A DNA stretch of 32,000 nt from NCBI RefSeq assembly GCF_034932365.1, contig NZ_JAYGHR010000068.1, positions 179 through 32,178 on the forward strand, in the 5' to 3' direction. Made by a program: the position numbers and the translations under genes. This document shows, piece after piece, positions 21,649 through 30,400 of this stretch. The notes beneath the pieces are model-generated. The model did not search any database. It was not told the DNA's origin and worked only from the letters and a program-made list of their open reading frames with translations. The stretch's first letter is position 1. Each line of letters starts with the position of its first letter. Source of the DNA: Limnoraphis robusta BA-68 BA1. Lineage in GTDB: Bacteria; Cyanobacteriota; Cyanobacteriia; Cyanobacteriales; Microcoleaceae.

Positions 21649-22068
21649 TTACTCACCCAGGTCTTCGTTCAGGTTACTGTCATCATCCCCTTTGAGAAGA
21701 CCTCCAACAGCATTTTCTGCGATCGCTCGTCTTTGATCCGGATGCAAAGCTTCGTACCACTTAATCAGACGTTCCTTATCAAAAAGTGGAGATAACTTCA
21801 CTTTCACTTTCTGAATTTTTTCTTGACTGACATCGCCACCACCTTCACCACCAATTTCCCCTCCAGTTCCCCAAACATTAATTTTGATACTTCCCTTACC
21901 GCTCCCTTTACCCGTTCGTTTGGCTGTAACTTGTAATTCCAGTTCCACGGACTCAACAAATAGAAAAGGAGCATCTTTATCCTTTCCAGGCGTTACCGAA
22001 AGTAGGTCTTCCTTCACCTGTTGAATAAATTCAGCCAGTTCTATTGAGTCTTTCTCATCTTTGGACAT
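21649..22068 (-). CDS. Trypco2-family protein (protease-co-occurring domain)
   Basis: 139 aa. The pattern IELAEFIQQVKEDL...FLFVESVELELQVTAKRTGKGSGKGSIKINVWG...KVKVKLSP matches the Trypco2 family as I recall it. It is the first gene of the operon, 15 bp upstream of the CHAT gene. Confidence 0.6.
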   Translation of the reverse strand: MSKDEKDSIELAEFIQQVKEDLLSVTPGKDKDAPFLFVESVELELQVTAKRTGKGSGKGSIKINVWGTGGEIGGEGGGDVSQEKIQKVKVKLSPLFDKERLIKWYEALHPDQRRAIAENAVGGLLKGDDDSNLNEDLGE

Positions 22069-22224
22069 CAGTTTTGCCTTAGCCTCCTTACTTTTCTCTC
22101 ACCACATCAAAAAAGTGATGCTAAATCTCCCCTTGAATACAAGTACCCGCGCCCCCAGTCGATTTGACCCAAAAACGGGAGTATTTACAGCATTATAGCT
22201 AAAATAAGAGTACATTTTCTGAAC

Positions 22225-22455
22225 TTGATGATCGTGTCAAAAATTTATTTTAAGAAGCAACGCTTAACCGTCCAATTACCAGTAGAAGTAATCGAGAGAG
22301 CCAGAAATTCGGTTTATTGGACACCCAGCTTAACCCTTGCCGGACTGGTAGAAGAAGCTTTGGAGAATTGGATTAACCAACTTGAAACGGTACATGGCGA
22401 GCCTTTTCCCCAGCGTTTGGGAGAACTTAAGACGGGTAGACCAATTAAGTTATGA
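22225..22455 (+). CDS. Small putative ribbon-helix-helix-type DNA-binding protein
   Basis: 76-aa ORF (alternative ATG at 22228). The beta-strand/helix pattern RLTVQLPVEVIERARNSVYWTPSLTLAGLVEEALENW is reminiscent of CopG/ParG-like proteins. It is divergent from the Trypco2-CHAT operon. Confidence 0.4.
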   Translation: MMIVSKIYFKKQRLTVQLPVEVIERARNSVYWTPSLTLAGLVEEALENWINQLETVHGEPFPQRLGELKTGRPIKL

Positions 22456-22535
22456 GCTTTTTCTATGATTGACACTTGATAATGAATTGTGTTCTAAATT
22501 CTTGATCTCTATTCGAGATTTAGCACCAGTTAAAA

Positions 22536-23813
22536 TTAGGTTTTCATCACTTTATTAACTGAGTAAATAGCCGTTGATAAAATTTCAGCAGCTTGTTCAA
22601 TTTCCTCGTCGGTCGTCAACTTACCAATTCCCATTCTTAACGCGCCCTCTACCAACTCAGAAGGTAAGCCCAAAGCTTGCAGGACATGGGAAGGTGCCTC
22701 TACACCCGACGAACAAGCAGCACCCCTAGAAATGGCTAATTTTGAACGCACTCTGGCAATAATGGCACTGTTAGGAATGCTGGGGACTGAGATGTGGAGG
22801 TTTCCCGCCAAACGGCAGTCCGTATCTCCATTGATAACTAGATTTGGAATAGCATCGGACAAAAGCTTTTGGAGTCGATCTCGCTTGGCTGCTATCGCCA
22901 ATTCATCTTGTTCCATCTCCAGCTTTCGCAACCGACACGCTTCTCCGAGTGCAACGATTCCCGGCACGTTGAGAGTTCCCGATCGCATTCCTTTCTGATG
23001 TCCGCCCCCGTAGAGAATGGGTTTTAGGCTATGTCCTTTCTGCACCACCAACGCCCCCACACCTTTTGGCCCGTAGAGTTTATGAGCGGAAATCGCAAGA
23101 TAGGTAATTCCCCACTCTGCAAAATTAATCGGAATTTTACCAACAGCTTGGGAAGCATCGCAAAGGAACGGAATGTTATATTTTTGGGCAATCTGGCCAA
23201 TTTGTTGAATTGGATAAATATTACCAATTTCATTATTAGCTGCCATAACGCAGAGTAGAGAAAGACCGCCAGCGCAAATTTTATCTAAATATTCGAGGTC
23301 AATTTTTCCTTTAGAATCAACTAGAATGGAAATCACTTCTGCAAGCCCTTTTTTGGCAATTTCTTCGCAGGTATCTAAAACAGCTTGATGTTCAACAGTT
23401 GTTATAGCGATTCGAGGTAATGTTTGAGATTTTCTATTAATTAATTTATCAATAATCCAGTTGAGGATTCTTTTGAATATAGATTTTTTAGCTAATATTT
23501 TATTTTTGCGCTCATTTCTTTGCTGATTATTCCGATCAAGGCTGCCGAAAATAGCAAGATTAATACTCTCCGTTGCTCCTGATGTCCAAACAATCTCTTT
23601 GGGGGAAGCTCCAATTAAATCTGCAACATGAATTGCAGCCTGATTAACGGCTTTTTCAGCTTCATCTCCATATTCGTGATCGATACTGCTGGCATTTCCA
23701 AATGCTGTGGTCATATAGTAAAGCATTCGTTCCGCCACTCTTGGATCAATTGGAGTGGTTGAATGGTAGTCTAAATATATTACGTTGTTATTTTTATTAC
23801 TACTCATACACAA
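22536..23813 (-). CDS. Class V aminotransferase-fold cysteine desulfurase (NifS/IscS/DndA-like)
   Basis: 425 aa. Motifs: SGATESINLAI; the PLP-lysine motif ISAHKLYGPKGVGAL; and the catalytic Cys loop SRGAACSSG. The start lies 2 nt after the BrxL-like stop. Confidence 0.85.
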   Translation of the reverse strand: MCMSSNKNNNVIYLDYHSTTPIDPRVAERMLYYMTTAFGNASSIDHEYGDEAEKAVNQAAIHVADLIGASPKEIVWTSGATESINLAIFGSLDRNNQQRNERKNKILAKKSIFKRILNWIIDKLINRKSQTLPRIAITTVEHQAVLDTCEEIAKKGLAEVISILVDSKGKIDLEYLDKICAGGLSLLCVMAANNEIGNIYPIQQIGQIAQKYNIPFLCDASQAVGKIPINFAEWGITYLAISAHKLYGPKGVGALVVQKGHSLKPILYGGGHQKGMRSGTLNVPGIVALGEACRLRKLEMEQDELAIAAKRDRLQKLLSDAIPNLVINGDTDCRLAGNLHISVPSIPNSAIIARVRSKLAISRGAACSSGVEAPSHVLQALGLPSELVEGALRMGIGKLTTDEEIEQAAEILSTAIYSVNKVMKT

Positions 23814-23815
23814 AA

Positions 23816-25264
23816 CTATTTAGCTTCTACATGAATATCTCGACCAAACTGTCTAAACTCATCGTCTAGATAATATAATGAGTTGCGAATTCCTTGGCGC
23901 AACTTTTGAGCAGGTTCTAAGCAGTCTCGCTGGTAATCCGTCAAGGTTAAATCAAGGTGAGGATAAAGAAGTTTAAGAAAACCGGCCGATGATTTTAAAA
24001 TTGAATTTTGATCGCGCACTGAAACATTTTCAAAATGTGTGTGTTCTTGAACATAAGAGAAAAAACTATGTTCATAGCGTAAAGAAAGTAAGACTTCTCC
24101 AAAAAAGTCCATCTTTAATCCTACTTGTGTTGCAGCCATTTCTCTGCGGAATTTAGGAATTTCCCAACCGGGGATAATACCAGCAAAACGATCTAAAAAT
24201 GCAGTTTCTGAAAAGAATATAGGTAAATTCTTAATAAGATTTTCCTGATGTCGTGGTTTTAAATATTCATCGAGTTCAATATTGGCAAGCATTACAAGAG
24301 AGCAGTCACTAGAAATATCTGCGAAGCCAGAACGGTTATATCGACCATTAGCGAGATAAGTTTTTAAAACACCAATGACTTCATCAGGATTGTCAAAAGT
24401 GAGACTTTGAACTTCGTCTAAAACCAAGACATCATTCCGCCCCAGCAGCCCAATTTCCTTCGTTTTTCCATTGACAAATAATTGGGCGGGGGTAACTTTT
24501 CCTCCACCAATAACTGTGACTTTACTGCTGATATTTTCAAAGACAAAACTTTTACCTGTACCTTTAGGGGCAAGTTCTATAATATGAAAATTGGGTTCGA
24601 CTAAAGGTAAAAGACGAGCTAAAATCCAAGTTTTTGCTTCGCTAGTGTATTTAGAATGTTCGGGATTAAATCCCATCGAACAAAACAGTAAATCCTTCCA
24701 TTGTTCCGTATTAAATTGCCTTCTACATTCTGCATAAGCTTGTAAATTAACTTCAGAATACTGAAAAGGTTCAAAATCGAGAATTTCTACTGTTCCATCG
24801 GGTTGTAAGCCGAGTAAAATTTTTCCCCATAAACCGTGACGGAGTAGCTTTCTATGCTGGTTGATTAAATGAGTTGAGATTGAACAATTATTTAAGTTAA
24901 GAATTGGAACTCTAGCAAAAGGTTCAGGTATAGTTTTTGAATTTTGTTCTAGAATAACCCGAGCTTGCATCAAAGCAATTAACTTTACAGTTTCTCCTTG
25001 AGATAGATTAAACTGAATTTCATTGCGATCATCTTTACGAGGAAAAGCTTTTTTAACAAATGTACTAACTTTATCTAATTCTGCTTGAGTGAGATTACCT
25101 GTACCTGGAACAATTTTATCCAATAGCCATTCTGCTACAAAACTAGGAACACCAACGGCTGTGAGTCCGCTAGAAGGAAGTCGGGCTTTATCAATACAAA
25201 GTGTTCCAAAAGTTTGGCGAACTAATTCATTTTGATAACCCGTTAAATTAGAGGAATTCATCAA
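23816..25264 (-). CDS. BrxL-like AAA ATPase lacking the Lon-protease domain (TIGR02688-like)
   Basis: 482 aa. The N-terminus (VPSFVAEWLLDKIV...KVSTFVKKAFPRKDD) parallels the BrxL N-terminus as I recall it. Walker A is LAPKGTGKSFV and Walker B is VLVLDEVQS. It overlaps the PglZ stop by 17 nt. Confidence 0.6.
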   Translation of the reverse strand: MMNSSNLTGYQNELVRQTFGTLCIDKARLPSSGLTAVGVPSFVAEWLLDKIVPGTGNLTQAELDKVSTFVKKAFPRKDDRNEIQFNLSQGETVKLIALMQARVILEQNSKTIPEPFARVPILNLNNCSISTHLINQHRKLLRHGLWGKILLGLQPDGTVEILDFEPFQYSEVNLQAYAECRRQFNTEQWKDLLFCSMGFNPEHSKYTSEAKTWILARLLPLVEPNFHIIELAPKGTGKSFVFENISSKVTVIGGGKVTPAQLFVNGKTKEIGLLGRNDVLVLDEVQSLTFDNPDEVIGVLKTYLANGRYNRSGFADISSDCSLVMLANIELDEYLKPRHQENLIKNLPIFFSETAFLDRFAGIIPGWEIPKFRREMAATQVGLKMDFFGEVLLSLRYEHSFFSYVQEHTHFENVSVRDQNSILKSSAGFLKLLYPHLDLTLTDYQRDCLEPAQKLRQGIRNSLYYLDDEFRQFGRDIHVEAK

Positions 25265-27470
25265 TATCTAGTCCACTACTAAAAATTTGTTTAACAATAA
25301 GGCTTGATTCTAATATGTTCGCTTTATCAGTTTCAGCATTGGTGTATTCAAACGTAAGGTAGCCAGAAAGTTTAATACTTTGTTCATTGACTTGGGAAGG
25401 CAATTCTGGAAAAGCTGGAATTGGAAGGTTGAGAACTTGTTTTTCATTTGCTGAAATAGTATGGAGCAAAGGGTATCCCTTTTGAAAAGTAGGTAGTTCT
25501 TCAATATAAAGCCATAAGTTTGTTATGGAAATTGAGTTAGGGTTGTCTATCGTAACTTTAATTTGTCCAGGTTCTCTGGGTTTCCCTTCTCCCCAACAAG
25601 AAACAAAAATAGGAAGTCGCTGAGTACATTGACGCAATACTGAAAAACCAACGATAACTTCTTCTGGAAATAAACCACCATGAGAGCCTATGACTTGTTT
25701 TTCTTTAGTGTAGCTGAAAGCGTTGACTGTAGCCGAACTGCGAACAATGCTAATGTCATGGGGAAGATCATAGCGATCGCAGTCTAATACAACAAATCGA
25801 GAATCATCAGTTTTACCGATTCCCATTCTACCCTTTGCTTGCAGTTCTGATGGACAAGCAGACAGAAAGTTAGATAAGCCCAAGATTTGACCGTGATCGC
25901 TAGCGATCACAACAGTTAGGTTCTCAGGTTGAGGATGTTGTTTAATACAGTGATGAATTTCACGAGCAATTTGTTCTAAAATTGAAGGACGCTTTACTTG
26001 ATAAAAGTTAAGCCAATCAACACGATCATGATATAATTCATCAAGCTTGGTAGTATCCCAACAATAAAGTAAATGTTTGTTTGCTTTTAGATCTTGATAT
26101 AGACTGTCCATTTGTGTATCCGTGTACCGTTTTCCCTTCCCTAATTTTTCAAATACTTTACTGCAATTATTTGTCCAATCTAGCGATTTTGGTGTTTTTT
26201 GAGCATAAAGTCCCCATTTTGCGTATTCAGTTTTTGTAGGTAAAAGACTAAACCGAGGTTGAATTTCGGTTTCAAGGTTTAATCCATAAGAATCTTTCAA
26301 GTAAGATAATAAATCCAGGTGATCTAGCCATCCTAAACCATCTATAACAACCCAAAAAACTGGATTTTTATTGCATAAGTTTAGAGTATGCTCGGTAACG
26401 TTATAGTTGAGCAAAGAACTATTTACAGGAGCAACTTTTAACTGAGGATAATATTCCAATAACCATTCAATAAAACTATCAGCAAGATAATCACTAAATT
26501 TTTCCGATGTTGATACTTGCTGTAGCATAATCTCCCAACGTCGAAACGGTAAATATTTTTGCGTTACCCAATTAAGCGTTTGCTCGGGTGTTGCAGATAA
26601 AGGTAAAGGCTCGGGTTTAAGTGGTGGCTGACAATTATGAAGATGTTGTTTTTGCTCTTGATTAAGATAGTTTGCTAGTCGCTTTTCTCTATTGTTGATA
26701 ATCCATTTTTGCCGATTAGAAAGAACTTGATAAGCTACATTAGCAACCCGTTTCATATCAGCTTGTTTTGAAGGAATAAGCTCGTCAAGAATTTTGCACT
26801 CAGTTTTATAAAGTTGCTCTTGCCAATAACGCTCAAATTCTACAGACAACCAATTTGGAACAGGATTAGGAAAAACATCAATTTCGTGAACTTGAGGCTC
26901 TGCAATTCCTAACCATTGCCTTAGTAACTGAACTTTATTATCAGTTTGGTAATAGGAAGAAAGATTTGAATTTTTGCGTTGATGTTGCCAAACTTTTTCT
27001 AATGGTTGATACTCAGCACTAACTTGAATACTTAACCAAGCTGCAAGGTTTTCTTCAGAAGGTTCCTTTTGCCAAAGGTCGTTTTGAGTTTGTTCTGTTA
27101 AGTAATCTGCAATGGCAGTTTTTCTGGGATAGCGGCTTAATTGAGTAGCAAGGTTGAGTCGCTGTTCATTTGTCCAGTAATCAGGAATAGGTACAGAACC
27201 AAAAATAGATTCTAGCTCAATGCAAGGATCTTTTTTGATCTCTAGGATCGCATCAGTTTTATTCCATACCCGCAGCCATTCTTGAGACCAATCACAAAGT
27301 TGCTTTGCATTAGATCCTTTTCCTGTTACCCAGTAGCGCCCTGGCAAAACAAAAAATGACTTTATCCATTCAACTTCAGTTTTTATTACCGTGTAACCCT
27401 GGGGAATATCATACAGTCCAGTGGGATCTAATACAACTGTGAAGTCACTAGAAGCAAGATAATTAATCAT
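25248..27470 (-). CDS. pglZ: PglZ-domain (alkaline-phosphatase superfamily) protein
   Basis: 740 aa. Motifs: VFWVVIDGLGWLDHL, TVVIASDHGQILG, GSHGGLFPEEVIVGF. The ATGATTAA overlap (8 nt) joins it to the upstream giant gene. Confidence 0.8.
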   Translation of the reverse strand: MINYLASSDFTVVLDPTGLYDIPQGYTVIKTEVEWIKSFFVLPGRYWVTGKGSNAKQLCDWSQEWLRVWNKTDAILEIKKDPCIELESIFGSVPIPDYWTNEQRLNLATQLSRYPRKTAIADYLTEQTQNDLWQKEPSEENLAAWLSIQVSAEYQPLEKVWQHQRKNSNLSSYYQTDNKVQLLRQWLGIAEPQVHEIDVFPNPVPNWLSVEFERYWQEQLYKTECKILDELIPSKQADMKRVANVAYQVLSNRQKWIINNREKRLANYLNQEQKQHLHNCQPPLKPEPLPLSATPEQTLNWVTQKYLPFRRWEIMLQQVSTSEKFSDYLADSFIEWLLEYYPQLKVAPVNSSLLNYNVTEHTLNLCNKNPVFWVVIDGLGWLDHLDLLSYLKDSYGLNLETEIQPRFSLLPTKTEYAKWGLYAQKTPKSLDWTNNCSKVFEKLGKGKRYTDTQMDSLYQDLKANKHLLYCWDTTKLDELYHDRVDWLNFYQVKRPSILEQIAREIHHCIKQHPQPENLTVVIASDHGQILGLSNFLSACPSELQAKGRMGIGKTDDSRFVVLDCDRYDLPHDISIVRSSATVNAFSYTKEKQVIGSHGGLFPEEVIVGFSVLRQCTQRLPIFVSCWGEGKPREPGQIKVTIDNPNSISITNLWLYIEELPTFQKGYPLLHTISANEKQVLNLPIPAFPELPSQVNEQSIKLSGYLTFEYTNAETDKANILESSLIVKQIFSSGLDIDEFL

Positions 27471-30400
27471 TAGTCTCCTCTAATTTAATATTTAACAATT
27501 GGGTAAGTTTTTCATAAATACTTTGACGTTGAAGCAGAGGAAGTTGGCAAAACATTGTAATAATTTTATTCGCCTGGTCTTTATTCTGCTCTTCTTGACA
27601 TTGGCGTTTTATTAAGTTTAATGATTCTTGATTGGCAGAGTTTAAAAATTCTATATATTGAGAAGTTTCATTTTGAATTTTAGCTAATAACTGATTTGCA
27701 ACTTGCAGTTTTTCTGTATCATCAAGTAACGGATATAGTTTTGTTACTTCTTGCTGCAAACCTTCTAGCCAAACAAAAGCTTGAGATTGTTGGTGTTCTC
27801 GAAGAGTATTTTGGGTGCTTTCAATCTCCTGATAAAAAGTATCAAATAACTCTTCGGTTATTGGGGTGAGAGCATCGGACGTTCGCTTCCAACCGATCAA
27901 CTTGTCTAAACATTCCTGGCAAGATTTAATGGTAGAGTGAGAAATAGAAGAAGTAATCTGTAGAATGTCAATTGCTTGTCGAATGTTATTTTTAAGTGTT
28001 TTATAGCGTTCTTCTTGTACTGAACCTAAGTACAAAGATGAAATTTCTAGAACCTCTTCTAGAAGCTGTTGGGCTGTCGCAATATTGCTTAAAGATTGCA
28101 GTCTGTTTTCAAACTCTGCTAAATTTAGAGTTAAACTTCTTATTTTTTTCCGGATATTTTCTTTTGTAGTTATAATTCGGGATTTTATTTTATCCTCCAA
28201 TTCTTTATTTTCTACACTGTTAAAACTCTCAATATCAGCCAATAACTTGGTTAATTCAGCAAGCCTTGTTACCCGATTTGCTTCAGAATCCCAGCGTTCA
28301 ATTTGCTCAATTATTGATCTTCTAGAAGCAAACTTTTTCTCTGTCTTCTGATAATTATCGTATTCATTAGATTGCTGAAAAATTATATCAAGCTTGATAT
28401 AATTCTCTTCTAATTTCTTAAACTCTTTTAAACTATCAATTTTTTCAAGGTAATTACTTTGAGCTTCAAGATTGGCTTTATGATTGAGAATTGTTTGTTT
28501 TAATTTTTGAATATGATTCTCAATTTCTACTTCATGGTCTTGAATATAGAACAGTTCACTTTTCAATTTTTCTATTTGTTTGATTCTTTCTTCGCATTGA
28601 AAAACGTTCAAATTATTGTCAAATTTAAACTGACGAATGCTTTGAAGTATTTTTAAATCATTATCTTTTATCTTCAACTGTTCTTGTTCTTCTGTTAAGT
28701 CTTTATAATCAACTTCTAGGTTCTCAATAGCTTGATTAATATCAGTCTGAATTTCTTGAAAATCTTCTGATTTTTGTAAAATTTTTGTGATTTCATTTAA
28801 ACGATTTTTAAGCTTTTCATATTCATCTAGACGAGGGAGTTTATTACTTATGCTATTCTTAATTTTTTCCAAAAATGTTATTTTACTTTGAGACTTAATA
28901 TCTTCAAGTTGTTTTTGGTACTGTTCTAGAGAACTTACCTCCAAGTGACTGGTTTGTAAACTACTTAAGGTGATTTCTTGATACACAGAGAAAGCTTCCG
29001 ATATCTTTGAGAAGGGTAAATCACGAATTCGTTGAAGCTTATCTTGAACTTTAGAAAGTTCTGAACGCAGTATTTTCTCTGCATCGCTTTGCTGTTGAAT
29101 TACGGACAACTCTTCTGTTAGTTGAGTTTGAAGATATTGAATTCGAGAACTACTTTCTGGTTCAGTAAATCGATTAGCTTGACTTTCAATTTTTCTAATT
29201 AATTCTACAATTTCACTGGGGGAGGTCACAACAGCTAACTGTTCTTGCCAAGCATCTAGCTGTTCATTTAATTCTTGATACTTAATATTTATCTCCTTGA
29301 TAATTTGCTGAATTTCAATTAGAGAAATGGTTTGAGGAAGAGAAATCATTATTAACTCAATTTCTGATTGAGCCTCAGTAAAATCATGCTGAGTTGAATT
29401 TTGATTTAAGTTTTGATAAAGTTCCTGAATTTTTTTAAGAGATTCATCAGTTTGAGCTTTTTCTTGAAGTTTAAGTTTGGAGTTTTCAGACCTATTCTTA
29501 GCAGATTGTAAGGTTTCAATCAAGTGTTCTGGAAGTCCAGAAACTTCACTAATTTTTTGTATATATTCTTCTGCTTTATTTATACATATATCACATTCTT
29601 CAATCGTATTTAGAGATTCTGAACCTTCTCTAAAATCTGATACTAGCTTGCTAATTTTGTCGAATAACGCTTGTTTTGCTTGCGTATAGCGATTTTGCTG
29701 TTCTTGGGTCGGTTGAACTGAGATTCCATCGGAGGAGGTTTGAACACTTGGAGAAAAGGGAAGGAATTTAGGATATAACTTCAGTAAACTGTTCAGATCT
29801 GTTGACTTAGATAAGTCTTCTACTTCTACTATGACAGCAAACCCATCATCAATTTCCTTCACTTTATTAGTGATTTGTTCTTGCTGTTGACGAAGTTTTG
29901 AAGTTTCTGTTTGATCGGCTTCACCAGAATTAAGAAACTCAGTTATAGCTTGTAAATGCTGTTGCGCTTTGTTGTAATCTATCAATGAATCAAGAAGTTC
30001 GGGAACTGTTAATCGTTCACGACGGATCAATTTTGCTCGATGAGTGACAATCCATTTTTCAACGAAGTCTTTAGGTTTTTTAAAAATGTCAGTATTAGCC
30101 CAATCTTGTAAAGGAAGAGTTAGTATAGAAACTGGACTTCCCTTTTTGACTAATACTGTACTTGCCCCTTTCAAAACTATCTCTTTACGATGGTAAGCCA
30201 TCCATGAAACTATCAAAACAGTGAACACATAATCATTACAACCAAAAGGCGGTTCGGATAAAGCTTTCCAAACTTTTTCAAGCTCAATAATTTTTTCATT
30301 CTTATCCTTCAATTCAGTTAATTCAGAAATTTTATCCCAAGCTGCTCGGACGTGTTCTTCGGTGGGAGGTTGAACAACATATTTCTGAGAGGATTTTTGA

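Noticed and set aside
22456-22535. Possible bidirectional terminator between the RHH-like gene and the desulfurase gene (atctc-tattc-gagat within ctaaat...atttag)
   Set aside because: The stems are short, AT-rich and imperfect, with no clear U-tract. That is not enough to call a terminator.
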